Shown here in pieces: positions 27,132 to 36,530 of a stretch of 64,000 bases of DNA (position 1 is its first letter; the number at the start of each line of letters is the position of its first letter). Position numbers and translations under genes: made by a program. The DNA is from Phototrophicaceae bacterium. GTDB lineage: Bacteria; Chloroflexota; Anaerolineae; Aggregatilineales; Phototrophicaceae. The stretch is from assembly GCA_965230145.1 (NCBI GenBank), contig OZ245943.1:162643-226642 (forward strand). Reading direction: 5' to 3'. The notes below the pieces were generated by a model that did no database searches, was not told the DNA's origin, and was given only the letters and a program-made list of their open reading frames with translations.

Positions 27132-27434
27132 ATGGATAGATTAAGGGCGATTTTAGAAGATACATTAAGTAGTTATGCTGGCGAAGCCCTTAATGGTCAT
27201 CTCTATTTAACAAAAAGCAATGAGGATGCCCTATTTTCAATCATGTCGATTGCAAAAGTACGCAATGAAACAATTATTGAAACAGGCATTGTTGCAAGGA
27301 TTATCGCTGACACAATCATCATTGAGAAAGATATTAGCAATAAGCCTCTGGTGGATGCGCTGGTGCAAAATGGCATTGACCGTCAGCAGATTGTGCTGGC
27401 TTATGCTGGCGAAGCTATCCCAACAACAGGATAA
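27132..27434 (+). CDS. XisI-like protein
   Basis: 100 aa from the ATG at 27132. MDRLRAILEDTLSSYAGE... and the C-terminal ..KPLVDALVQNGIDRQQIVLAYAGE resemble the XisI family (..ELVE.GVPKEDIVLAFH..). Confidence 0.65.
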   Translation: MDRLRAILEDTLSSYAGEALNGHLYLTKSNEDALFSIMSIAKVRNETIIETGIVARIIADTIIIEKDISNKPLVDALVQNGIDRQQIVLAYAGEAIPTTG

Positions 27435-27442
27435 GGTATTTG

Positions 27443-28912
27443 ATGCAAGATTGGTTATTTGCACGCGCTCAAGCAAGCCCAGATAAAATTGCCATTATTG
27501 AGCAGGTTACACCCACACGACAGCACGAAATTACCTTTGCACAATTGAATCGTCGGGTTGATGATTATTGTCAGCAATTGCTATTGGCTGGTGCCGAAAC
27601 TGGTCAGCATGTGGCGATGTTGATGATGAACAGCACGCTAGCGATTGTACCATTTTTCTCTGCTATGCGTCTGGGATTGGTCTTTGTACCTCTCAATACA
27701 CGGTTGACCGTTGATGAGATAGATTTTCAGCTAACTCAATCAGACTGTGATTGGCTACTACCGTATGGCACAACTGATTTGCTCGGTGCATTGCGTGATA
27801 AAGGGCATCGAATCCTAGCATTACCCCAGAAAAAGAAGAAAAAAGTCACATTCTCTCCACAAGAAATCAACTTAGAGACACCTTTTTTTATCGTGCATAC
27901 GTCTGGCACAAGTGGGCGACCTAAAGGGGCTGTCTTGACCTATGGCAACGTCTTCTATAGTGCGATGGCGAGTGCTTATCGGATTGGGCATATGCCCCAT
28001 GACCGATGGTTGTGTGTATTGCCTTTGTACCACGTTGGGGGCTTGAGCATTTTGATTCGTGCTGTCTTGTATGGGATTACTGTGGATTTGCGCGAGAGAT
28101 TCGATGTCGATGACATCAATCATGCACTGACGCACGAGCTAATTACCTTGATTTCACTCGTGCCGACCATGCTCTATCGTTTATTGGAATATCGTAGCGA
28201 AAAATGGAACGATAGTCTGCGCTTGGTGCTATTAGGAGGGGCAGCAGCTACTCCTGAATTGATGCAAAGCTGTATTGAACAGAACATTCCCGTTGCCACA
28301 ACTTACGGATTATCGGAAGCGGCAAGCCAAGTAGCGACAACCTTCCCTGACGATGCTATCCGTAAAGCAGGGACTGTCGGTAAGGCGTTGATGTTCAGCC
28401 AAGTTAAGGTTGTCAATGAGGATGGTCAGACTCAGCCAGCCAACCAATATGGGGAAATTTTGGTCAAGGGTCTGACGGTGATGCAGGGCTATTATAATAA
28501 TCCGTCAGCAACGGCGGAGACGCTTAAAGAAGGATGGTTGCACACAGGCGATATAGGGTATTTGGATGATGAGGGCGATTTATGGCTGGTACAACGTCGG
28601 AGCGATTTAATCGTGACAGGGGGCGAAAATGTCTATCCTGCTGAGGTTGAAGCAGTCTTGAGACAACATCACGCCATTAAGGAAGTGGCTGTGGTGGGCA
28701 TCCCTGACCCTGAATGGGGACAAAAAGTTGCCACAGCAATTGTGCTTCGTGAGGAGCAAACGCTAACAGCAGAAGATATTGAGAGCTATGCGCGTCAACA
28801 ATTGGCTGGATACAAAATTCCGCGTGTAATTCGATTTGTAGATGCCTTGCCTCTGACGGGAAGCGGAAAAATCCAACGTTCGGCTGTGCGTGACGTGTTC
28901 GGAGATAATTGA
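27443..28912 (+). CDS. menE: o-succinylbenzoate--CoA ligase
   Basis: AMP-binding signature HTSGTSGRPKG, YGLSEA, GDIGYLDDEGDLW and a C-terminal GKIQR, in a men operon context. Confidence 0.85.
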   Translation: MQDWLFARAQASPDKIAIIEQVTPTRQHEITFAQLNRRVDDYCQQLLLAGAETGQHVAMLMMNSTLAIVPFFSAMRLGLVFVPLNTRLTVDEIDFQLTQSDCDWLLPYGTTDLLGALRDKGHRILALPQKKKKKVTFSPQEINLETPFFIVHTSGTSGRPKGAVLTYGNVFYSAMASAYRIGHMPHDRWLCVLPLYHVGGLSILIRAVLYGITVDLRERFDVDDINHALTHELITLISLVPTMLYRLLEYRSEKWNDSLRLVLLGGAAATPELMQSCIEQNIPVATTYGLSEAASQVATTFPDDAIRKAGTVGKALMFSQVKVVNEDGQTQPANQYGEILVKGLTVMQGYYNNPSATAETLKEGWLHTGDIGYLDDEGDLWLVQRRSDLIVTGGENVYPAEVEAVLRQHHAIKEVAVVGIPDPEWGQKVATAIVLREEQTLTAEDIESYARQQLAGYKIPRVIRFVDALPLTGSGKIQRSAVRDVFGDN

Positions 28913-29653
28913 GTGCCAGATATAGTCTTTCTACACGGGTTTACAGGCAGTCAGGATGATGGGTCTGGTGTGAGTCAGGCGATGGCAGGCTATAGAACAC
29001 AGGCTTTAGACATCACAGGGCATGGTGAGGCTGTATCCCCTACACTAGACGATTATGATATGGCAATAGTCGCAGAGACGATTGTTAAAAACTGCCCAGA
29101 AGACTTTCATCTGGTAGGCTACTCGATGGGTGGACGGTTGGCTCTGTTTATCGCCACACGGTATCCTGACGTTGTACAATCATTGACCTTAATTAGCGCA
29201 TCCCCCGGCTTGAAAACTGAGGCTGAGCGTGACACACGTCGCCAAGCGGATAATGCGCTAGCTGATAAAATCGAAGCAAATGGCATTGAGTGGTTCGCGG
29301 ACTATTGGGGGAATCTGTCTCTGTGGGATGGTCAATCGCCTGAGCTTAAAGCCGATTTACGCCAAAAACGCCTGACAAACAACCCCCTCGGACTTGCCAA
29401 TAGCTTGCGTGGGATGGGGACAGGGGTCATGCCGTCGTTATGGGATGACCTCGCTAATTTGCCGATGCCCGTCCAGTTGATTGTTGGTGAATTGGATACG
29501 AAATTTGTAGCCATTAACAAAGAAATGGCAGACCTCATTCCTGATGTTCAACTAGAAATTATCTCGGATGCTGGTCATGCGGTGCATTTAGAAAAGCCCG
29601 ATGAAGTCAATACCACGCTACAGCGATTCCTCAAACGAAATAAAACCTCATAA
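28913..29653 (+). CDS. menH: SHCHC synthase (alpha/beta hydrolase)
   Basis: GYSMGGRLAL, SPGLKTEAERDTRRQADNALADKIE..GIEWF and LRGMGTGVMPSLWDDL are typical MenH stretches. The GTG start abuts the menE stop. Confidence 0.85.
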   Translation: MPDIVFLHGFTGSQDDGSGVSQAMAGYRTQALDITGHGEAVSPTLDDYDMAIVAETIVKNCPEDFHLVGYSMGGRLALFIATRYPDVVQSLTLISASPGLKTEAERDTRRQADNALADKIEANGIEWFADYWGNLSLWDGQSPELKADLRQKRLTNNPLGLANSLRGMGTGVMPSLWDDLANLPMPVQLIVGELDTKFVAINKEMADLIPDVQLEIISDAGHAVHLEKPDEVNTTLQRFLKRNKTS

Positions 29654-29762
29654 GTTGCCCAAACAAGACCTCATAACTTTTGTGCAGACCGAGCATAGGT
29701 TTATCTGAGTTTTTAGTTAGAATTACCAACATATCAAAACTAATACTTAAAAGGATAGATGT

Positions 29763-30860
29763 ATGCCAAGCAATCGTATGGCTGAATTACGCTCAGAAAT
29801 TGATGAAATAAATTTAAAATTACTTGACTTACTGAATCAGCGTGCAAGCATTGCCAGTGAAATCGGCAAGATTCAATCCCAACTCGGGAGTCAGATTTAT
29901 GACCCGCAACGTGAATCACAGATGTTGACTGATTTGCAGATGGCAAATGAAGGTCCATTCAGCAATGAGACCATCAGCGCGTTATTCAAAGAAGTTTTCA
30001 AAGCGACTTTGAACCTTGAAGAAAAAGCCGCACGCGCAAACTTCCTCGTGCAACGTAAGACTGCCGACCAAAAGACGGTTGTCGAATTACCAGACGGTAC
30101 ATCGATTGGTAATGGTAATTTCACAGTTATTGCAGGTCCTTGTGCAATCGAAAGCTACGAGCAATACGATGAAGTTGCCGCCGTTTTAGCCGAAGAAGGC
30201 ATTAAAGTGATGCGAGCAATGGCGTATAAACCCCGTACTTCGCCATATGATTTCCAAGGTTTGGGCGAACCTGGGTTGAAAATTGCACGGCAAGTTGCTA
30301 ATAAATATGGGCTGATGCTGGTGAGTGAAGTATTAGACCAATCTCAATTGGCGATGATGGATGATTACATTGATATGTTCTGGATTGGCGCACGCAATAT
30401 GCAGAATGCTTTCTTACTGCGTGGTGTCGGCAAGATGAACAAGCCTGTTATCCTCAAACGGCATTTTGGGGCAACAATTATGGAATGGTTATCTGCCGCA
30501 GAATACATTATGAGCGAAGGCAATAGCCAGATTATCATGATGGAACGTGGTATCCGCACCTTCTCGAAATTGACCCGTAACACACTCGATATTGGTGCTG
30601 TTCCCCTACTCAAGCAAGAATCGCATTTGCCTGTGATTGTCGATGTGAGCCATAGTGCTGGTCGTCGTGATTTAGCGATTCCTTTCGGGCGAGTTGCAGT
30701 TGCCAGTGGTGCAGATGGTCTGATGGTAGAAGTGCATCCAAATCCATCGGTTGCAATGAGTGATGCCAAGCAACAATTGAGTATTCCTGAGTTCCAAACC
30801 TTGATGAAAGAAATTCGTAAGGTTCGCATTGATGTTGAACCTGCACCAGCAGGGGACTAA
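29763..30860 (+). CDS. Bifunctional chorismate mutase / 3-deoxy-7-phosphoheptulonate (DAHP) synthase, type I-beta
   Basis: N-terminal AroQ-type CM helix (LRSEIDEINLKLLDLLNQRASIASEIGKIQ) fused to a KDO8PS-like DAHPS core (IAGPCAIES, PRTSPYDFQG, VIVDVSHSAGRRD). Confidence 0.88.
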   Translation: MPSNRMAELRSEIDEINLKLLDLLNQRASIASEIGKIQSQLGSQIYDPQRESQMLTDLQMANEGPFSNETISALFKEVFKATLNLEEKAARANFLVQRKTADQKTVVELPDGTSIGNGNFTVIAGPCAIESYEQYDEVAAVLAEEGIKVMRAMAYKPRTSPYDFQGLGEPGLKIARQVANKYGLMLVSEVLDQSQLAMMDDYIDMFWIGARNMQNAFLLRGVGKMNKPVILKRHFGATIMEWLSAAEYIMSEGNSQIIMMERGIRTFSKLTRNTLDIGAVPLLKQESHLPVIVDVSHSAGRRDLAIPFGRVAVASGADGLMVEVHPNPSVAMSDAKQQLSIPEFQTLMKEIRKVRIDVEPAPAGD

Positions 30861-30883
30861 TATAAATTCGCTTTAATCATAAG

Positions 30884-30914
30884 ATGCCTTCATAATTTAG
30901 TGAGGGCATTTTTG
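30884..30914 (+). terminator. Rho-independent terminator after the CM-DAHPS gene
   Basis: ATGCCTTC-10 nt-GAGGGCAT (one mismatch) followed by TTTTG. Confidence 0.6.
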
Positions 30915-30932
30915 ATTCAGGAGAGGGATACA

Positions 30933-31742
30933 ATGGGATTTTCTGTCGAGCAAGATTTTACAAATGGTATTGAGCGCATCACCTATATACCTGATGAAGT
31001 TCGCTATCAAACGCCGTTGATATTTCAGCATGGAGCTTGGCATGGGGCTTGGTGCTGGCAATGGTGGCAAGAATTATTTGCCGAATGGGGATGGGTGTCT
31101 CATGCTCATAGTTTACCCTCACACGGGAAATCCGCGACGAAACGTAATATCCGTCTGTGTACCTTTGGATATTATCGAGATGCCCTAGCCGAACAAATCA
31201 ATCGACTCGATACGACACCTGTTGTTATCGGGCATAGTATGGGTGGTGCAATTACACAGTGGTATCTAACAGATGTGGGTGATTTACCAGCCGCTGTCCT
31301 ATTAGCATCAATGCCACTCTATGATAGTCTGCTACGCTATATCATTGCTGACCCGATTGGGATGGCGTTATCAGGCATGATATTACATGCCAAGCCATTG
31401 GTACGCTCACCTCAGCGTGTGAAAAAACTATTCCTCAGCGACGGGGCAATGATGTCACCTGAAACATTACATCAGCATTTAGGGGCGGAATCAGCTTTGA
31501 TAGCTGTGCAATTGAATCCACTCACTTGGCATCCGAAGAAAAATCCTGATACGCCGATGCTGGTCATGGCGGCTGAAAATGATACTATTTTCACCGTTCA
31601 AGAAGAGGAACAATTAGCTAAGCATTATGGCGCGGATTATTACCTCATCGAGAATACCGCGCACAATGCGATGATGGAACACAATTACAAAGAAACAGCA
31701 AAGTATTTGCACGATTGGTTGGTCAAGCAGGGAATTAAGTGA
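30933..31742 (+). CDS. Alpha/beta-fold hydrolase
   Basis: GHSMGG nucleophile elbow and a C-terminal ..NTAHNAMMEH. GGAGAGGG lies upstream of the ATG at 30933. The longer GTG start would overlap the terminator. Confidence 0.65.
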   Translation: MGFSVEQDFTNGIERITYIPDEVRYQTPLIFQHGAWHGAWCWQWWQELFAEWGWVSHAHSLPSHGKSATKRNIRLCTFGYYRDALAEQINRLDTTPVVIGHSMGGAITQWYLTDVGDLPAAVLLASMPLYDSLLRYIIADPIGMALSGMILHAKPLVRSPQRVKKLFLSDGAMMSPETLHQHLGAESALIAVQLNPLTWHPKKNPDTPMLVMAAENDTIFTVQEEEQLAKHYGADYYLIENTAHNAMMEHNYKETAKYLHDWLVKQGIK

Positions 31743-31769
31743 GTACAGTTTCCTGCACTCACCTAAATA

Positions 31770-32945
31770 TTACTCTGTGACAAGCCGATAGAGGGTGCTG
31801 GCGAGTAATTCGATGCGGTCTAGCACACCGGGGTAGTAGATTTTCTCAATTTCGGTGTGGATGCCCTGTGCAGGTGCGCCCATACCACAAATCGAGGGCG
31901 TGTTAGATGCGCTGGTGAAATTGGCATCACTGCCCCCACCGCGTGCAATCGGCACAACATTTTGCTTCAAGCGTTGCGCTTCGCCGATGACGACATCAAT
32001 GAGTTTTTGGTTCAAGTCCGAACGTTCCATCGGTGGAATGAAAGCATCCAGTTCGTAGTCTACGGAGTCGCTTACGCCTGTGTCTTCATTGGTCAAATAA
32101 GTGCGGTCAAAAATTTCTTCGATTTCGCGTTGAATGCGTTGTCCATCAGCGAGACGTTCAAAACGCCAACTAACTGTTCCTGTCATTTCACCTGCGACTG
32201 TATTGGGTGAAATTCCCCCATTGCCCATACCCACCGTGACGGAAATCCCATTATCCCAATCATTAAGGGCTTTCAAATCAATCACACGACGGGCATAACT
32301 TTCGATGGCATCCACGCCTAAATGGGCTGACCCTGAGTGACAGGCTTCGCCTTTTACTGTGAAATAGAATGCACCATAGCCACGACGTTGATACACGACA
32401 CCGAGTTCGACCTCTGGGGTTAGTTCGCCCTGTGGGAAACCGGGTTCTAAGCCAATGCAATAATCCGCCTCAACATGCCCTCCCATATACCAATCACGAA
32501 TGGTTGGTGAGCCTTTTTCTTCATCAGCACTAACAATCATCTGCACATCATAATCCGTGGCGAGTTCTTTCAGCGCGACCATTGCCCATAAGCCGATAAT
32601 CATGCCACCTTTAATATCACCGACACCGGGACCTTGTATGAAACCGTCCTCTAGTTCTTTGAAGTGTAGGAAATCGCCATCAGGTGGAAAGACCGTATCC
32701 ATATGGCTGATGAGCATAATACGCGGTTTGGATGTCCCATTACCCGAGCAAATCAGACGATGACGCGCATTGACGGTTTGGACTGTAAAGCCGAGTGATT
32801 CAGCAAGTTTGGAGAGTGCATCCATCCCTGCATCAACGCCTTCAATATTGGCTGTATAAGTATTAATTTCGACGAGGTCTTTTAGGGCTTGCTTGACTTT
32901 TGGGGATTGTTCGTTTACCCATTGTCGGAGGTCTGTTAATTGCAT
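31770..32945 (-). CDS. M20-family metallopeptidase (carboxypeptidase G2/ArgE-like)
   Basis: LISHMDTVFP, GVGDIKGG, SADEEKGS and CHSGSAH follow the M20 metal-ligand order. Confidence 0.8.
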   Translation of the reverse strand: MQLTDLRQWVNEQSPKVKQALKDLVEINTYTANIEGVDAGMDALSKLAESLGFTVQTVNARHRLICSGNGTSKPRIMLISHMDTVFPPDGDFLHFKELEDGFIQGPGVGDIKGGMIIGLWAMVALKELATDYDVQMIVSADEEKGSPTIRDWYMGGHVEADYCIGLEPGFPQGELTPEVELGVVYQRRGYGAFYFTVKGEACHSGSAHLGVDAIESYARRVIDLKALNDWDNGISVTVGMGNGGISPNTVAGEMTGTVSWRFERLADGQRIQREIEEIFDRTYLTNEDTGVSDSVDYELDAFIPPMERSDLNQKLIDVVIGEAQRLKQNVVPIARGGGSDANFTSASNTPSICGMGAPAQGIHTEIEKIYYPGVLDRIELLASTLYRLVTE

Positions 32946-33061
32946 GTCTATCTATATTCCTCTGTTGTTTGACTATGGCTCACTATCATACATCCTAAGC
33001 GGTGTAGAAACGAGGATTGCATTAAGTAAATGTGAGCCTTTTTAAAAATTAATTAAGCCCT

Positions 33062-33478
33062 TTACCAATCTACGATGCAAGGGTTGCCTGTAAATTGTGA
33101 GCTTTCATCTGTATATTGCATTATCTCAATTGGTATACCACTAGGGTCGGTTATCCATGCTTGCCAAGATTTATCACCGCCATATTTTTTATCCGTGATG
33201 GTGACACCCTTAGCCCGAATATCAGCTATTGCACTATCAATATCTTCAACTTCTAGGCAAAGGTGCTTCATCAGTGGGCTATGTACGCTTGCGCCTTCTT
33301 CTTGAATGAAGATTTCGATGTAGGTATTTTCGCCTGCTTTGGCATAAAAACCGTACCATTCGCCATCTTTGAGGAAATCAAAACCACGTTCCATCCCTAA
33401 AACTTCGCAATAGAAATGTTCAGCGTCAGCAAGATTATTTGCACCGATACAGATATGAGCGACTTGTTTGATTAGCAT
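33062..33478 (-). CDS. VOC-family (glyoxalase/bleomycin-resistance fold) protein
   Basis: 138 aa. HICIGANNLADAEHFY..LG and HLCLEVEDID patterns of paired beta-alpha-beta-beta-beta modules. Confidence 0.8.
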   Translation of the reverse strand: MLIKQVAHICIGANNLADAEHFYCEVLGMERGFDFLKDGEWYGFYAKAGENTYIEIFIQEEGASVHSPLMKHLCLEVEDIDSAIADIRAKGVTITDKKYGGDKSWQAWITDPSGIPIEIMQYTDESSQFTGNPCIVDW

Positions 33479-33550
33479 ATTTATCTCCTAAATTTATGTG
33501 AGCATAGCATACCCCATTCACCCAATAGTATGCTATGTCCACAATTTAGG

Positions 33551-34717
33551 TTATTCGCGTTCGGCAGTTGCTGTTAAAATCAGCGCACATGGGACATCTT
33601 CATCATTGATTTCGACAGTAGCTTCTGACGTTGCGGTTTCGCAGAAAGCAATATCTTCATCCGTGACAATTTCGCTGATGGTGTGTTGGTAAGTGCTTTG
33701 TGCGCCGACAGTGAATAAGCCTAAGAAAATCAGCAACAACACAACGTAATTAACTGCCGCGAATGCCATCCGCCAAGAAATCTTGCTATGAATATCAATC
33801 GGTGCGGGATAATGTCTACCGGGACCATAGAGCAAGAACACCAGTAAAGCAGCATGTAGATGTGTATGCCCAATAATTTCGACTTTGCCAAAAACCAATG
33901 TTGTAGTGAAGAAGACGAGCGTAATCACAAGACTCAATGGTCTACCAAGCAAGCCAATAATCAGCAGATAACCAAGCGTGAATTCTACAAACGCCGCGCC
34001 AAGCACAAAAAATTCAGGTGGGAAACCAAGTGCGAGTTGTGGATTCTGTTGCAGAATATCAATGCCCCATTCGGGATAAACGATTTTCTCCATTGAAAGC
34101 CACGCTAGCGCAAAACCTACAGTGAAATATAAGGCAGGTATGCCGAGTTCACGGGTATTTTCACTTTTTGCCTGGCTTAAAAGTAACCATGTACCGATGC
34201 CTACAAAGGCAATGTAATCCAACATGTAGAAGATGCCAAATTGTTGTACGCCGATTAACCATAAAATGATTGTGCCCAGTCCTGCAATCGGTGTCGTCTG
34301 TGGGAAGAGTAAGAGTAAGACAAGGACAAATTGCACCCACCCCAGTAGCGGCTGTGTTTCCAGATAAGGTGCGAGCAATGTATCGGCTTGCCAACTGAGC
34401 AAAAATGTCACGCCCATACCGATGCGTAATATGAGCGTTCCTTGGTCACGATGGGCATGAAGCCAATCACGCAGGCGTTGATAAATCGGTAACTCTTCAA
34501 GTTTTGTATCAATGAAAACCGTCGCAGTCATGGCAATTGCGGCGGCAACCGCAAAACCAATGAGCAATGGTGTAATCGCTTCCTGAAATGATAGCGGACG
34601 GTCTAGGAAGCTAAATTCGGTAAACCATTTAACATGGGCGAGTACCGAACTTGGCATGATACCTAGCACTGCCCAAGCAATGAGCAATAGCGTGATTTTG
34701 TTTCGGTGACGACTCAT
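33551..34717 (-). CDS. Hypothetical polytopic membrane protein
   Basis: 388 aa with about 9-10 hydrophobic helices and an acidic C-terminal tail. I recognised no family motif. Confidence 0.5.
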   Translation of the reverse strand: MSRHRNKITLLLIAWAVLGIMPSSVLAHVKWFTEFSFLDRPLSFQEAITPLLIGFAVAAAIAMTATVFIDTKLEELPIYQRLRDWLHAHRDQGTLILRIGMGVTFLLSWQADTLLAPYLETQPLLGWVQFVLVLLLLFPQTTPIAGLGTIILWLIGVQQFGIFYMLDYIAFVGIGTWLLLSQAKSENTRELGIPALYFTVGFALAWLSMEKIVYPEWGIDILQQNPQLALGFPPEFFVLGAAFVEFTLGYLLIIGLLGRPLSLVITLVFFTTTLVFGKVEIIGHTHLHAALLVFLLYGPGRHYPAPIDIHSKISWRMAFAAVNYVVLLLIFLGLFTVGAQSTYQHTISEIVTDEDIAFCETATSEATVEINDEDVPCALILTATAERE

Positions 34718-34825
34718 TTTTGTGATACCTTTCCTGTGTTATTAATGACCCTTTCCATTATTGTACAATGATTTGGACATTATATGTGAAATTTGTCACT
34801 ATTAAATATGACAAATGACATGACC

Positions 34826-35248
34826 TTACTCTGGCAGATTTTCAGTAAAAGCTGAAATGCCATGTTTGGCGTAAATAATATCGTCAGACTCGGATAATCC
34901 ACTGACACCAACTGCGCCAACCACCGTTCCATCAACTACAATCGGTACCCCTCCACCCCAAGTAACATATCGCAATTCGCCGAAGTTGGTCATCGGGAAG
35001 CCTTCTTCTTTTGAACGTTGCCCTAAAGTCTTAGAGTCAATTTTTTCGCGTGCGGCTGTGTAGGCTTTGTTTTGGGCAATGGTGATTGGGGCTAACCCAC
35101 AACCATCGGTTCGTAAAAACGCAATCAGGTCTCCGTGTGTATCGACTACAGCCACAGCGAGTCCTGCTGATTCAGCATTCGCTTTATCATGGATGGCGTT
35201 AATGATTATCATAGCATCAGCATGTGAGAGTTCTAGTTTGCTATACAT
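34826..35248 (-). CDS. GlcG/HbpS-like (DUF336) heme-binding protein
   Basis: AVAVVDTHGDL, IAQNKAYTAA, and GGGVPIVVDGTVVGAVGVSG. Confidence 0.75.
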   Translation of the reverse strand: MYSKLELSHADAMIIINAIHDKANAESAGLAVAVVDTHGDLIAFLRTDGCGLAPITIAQNKAYTAAREKIDSKTLGQRSKEEGFPMTNFGELRYVTWGGGVPIVVDGTVVGAVGVSGLSESDDIIYAKHGISAFTENLPE

Positions 35249-35309
35249 AGTTTGCTCCTATTTTTGAGATTATTAGCTTAGATAAATAGCACATAATGCC
35301 TGAATTTGC

Positions 35310-35334
35310 GAAATGAGAATGAGAATAATATCAT
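35310..35334. promoter_or_regulatory. Candidate Fur/Zur/Mur-type box upstream of the metal ABC operon
   Basis: GAAATG-AGAATG-AGAATA-ATATCAT is three consecutive NAT(A/T)AT-like hexamers. It lies 10 nt upstream of a TTGACA hexamer and about 75 nt upstream of the SBP start. Confidence 0.3.
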
Positions 35335-35409
35335 ACTAAAGACTTGACAAAGGTCACTTTATAAATTATTTTAGATGAAACTAAAAATCAGGTTTTAAGG
35401 ATAGTATAG

Positions 35410-36417
35410 ATGAAAAAAGTTTCCATAATTTTGCTTTTATTGACTTTGTTTTCTGGCTTAATAGTGCAAGCACAAGATGAAGATGAGCTATTGCGTGTTG
35501 TGGCGACAACTACCCAAGCTGGGGATGCTATCCGAATTTTAGCTGGGGATACCGTTGAACTGACTCAACTCATGGGCGCAGGGGTTGACCCACATCTTTA
35601 CCAGCCAACAGAAGCCGATATTAGCGCCATGAATGATGCTGACTTAGTGGTATTCAGTGGGTTGAATCTCGAAGGACAGTTTGAATCTGTATTTGAGGCA
35701 CTCGGTGAAACAGATACGCGCATTTTATCACTTGGGAAGCCCGTACAGGATTTAGGGTTTACCATTGGTGGTTTCACTCTCAGCGAAGAATTTACCGATG
35801 TTGATGACCCTCACTTCTGGTTTGACCCACGCAATTGGCAAATTAGCATTGAAGAATTGACTGACGTATTGGGCGAAATGAATCCCGAATATGCAGACTT
35901 ATACAATGAAAATGCGGAAGCCTATATTGAGCAATTGGATTTGTTGTTTGCATGGGGAGAAGATGCCTTAGCCCAAATCCCTGAAGACCAACGTGTGCTG
36001 GTGACATCGCATGATGCCTTCCAATACTTTGCGGATGCTTTTGGCTTTGAAGTGATTGCTATTCAAGGTTTAAGTACCGAAGATGAAGCAGGTGTTGGTG
36101 ATATTCAAGGTGTAGTCAATGAGGTGGTTGAGCGCGAAATCCCTGTGATGTTCGTCGAGAGTAGTGTACCCCCCAATACGATTGAAGCTGTACAGGAAGC
36201 CGCTGCTGCCCAAGATTGGGATGTCGAAATTGGCGTGCGTGTTTTGTACTCGGATGCGATGGGGTCAGAGGGAGACTATGGCGAAACCTATATTGGCATG
36301 TTAGCGACTAATGTCATCACGATTTTGCAATCTTTTGGCTATGATGTTCCAGACTTTCCAGAGGGATTAGAGCCTGTGCCTCCTGCGGAAATACTGGATA
36401 TGAGCGATACGGAATGA
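35410..36417 (+). CDS. Metal (Mn/Zn) ABC transporter substrate-binding protein, ZnuA/TroA/MntC family
   Basis: Signal peptide, then VVATTTQAGD, DPHLYQP, DPHFWFDP and SHDAFQYFA, which are cluster A-I SBP motifs. Confidence 0.85.
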   Translation: MKKVSIILLLLTLFSGLIVQAQDEDELLRVVATTTQAGDAIRILAGDTVELTQLMGAGVDPHLYQPTEADISAMNDADLVVFSGLNLEGQFESVFEALGETDTRILSLGKPVQDLGFTIGGFTLSEEFTDVDDPHFWFDPRNWQISIEELTDVLGEMNPEYADLYNENAEAYIEQLDLLFAWGEDALAQIPEDQRVLVTSHDAFQYFADAFGFEVIAIQGLSTEDEAGVGDIQGVVNEVVEREIPVMFVESSVPPNTIEAVQEAAAAQDWDVEIGVRVLYSDAMGSEGDYGETYIGMLATNVITILQSFGYDVPDFPEGLEPVPPAEILDMSDTE

Positions 36418-36438
36418 TGAATTTGGCACGCAAACTAT

Positions 36439-36470
36439 GAACCACAGAGACGCAAAGACACAGAGAAAAG
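36439..36470 (+). repeat. Solo copy of the CACAGAG-type ~32-nt repeat, 22 nt after the SBP stop
   Basis: GAACCACAGAGACGCAAAGACACAGAGAAAAG differs at one position from the right arm of the GxxExxY unit. Confidence 0.8.
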
Positions 36471-36530
36471 CAAGTTTAAGGACATTAAAAGAAGGATTGG
36501 GTTAAGGTAAGTCCTCAACCTTAGTTTTCT

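Noticed and set aside
27828-27846. A-rich tract encoding KKKKK inside menE as a programmed frameshift or slippage site
   Set aside because: The reading frame is intact through the tract and the downstream AMP-binding motifs are in frame. It is interrupted by G residues, so it is not a true homopolymer.
30365-30829. 154-aa minus-strand ORF inside the CM-DAHPS gene; likewise 40627-41112 inside galT, 18490-18954 and 19408-19731 inside sucA, and 11869-12752 inside gltX
   Set aside because: All are shadow ORFs in alternative frames or strands of genes with strong family signatures. None has motifs or a plausible ribosome-binding site.
34791-34816. ATTTGTCA-10 nt-TGACAAAT inverted repeat, and a nearby ATTGTACAAT palindrome, between the GlcG-like and membrane-protein genes as an operator
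   Set aside because: They could equally be a weak terminator of the upstream gene. They are single occurrences in very A+T-rich DNA with no regulator gene adjacent, so the evidence is too thin to call.
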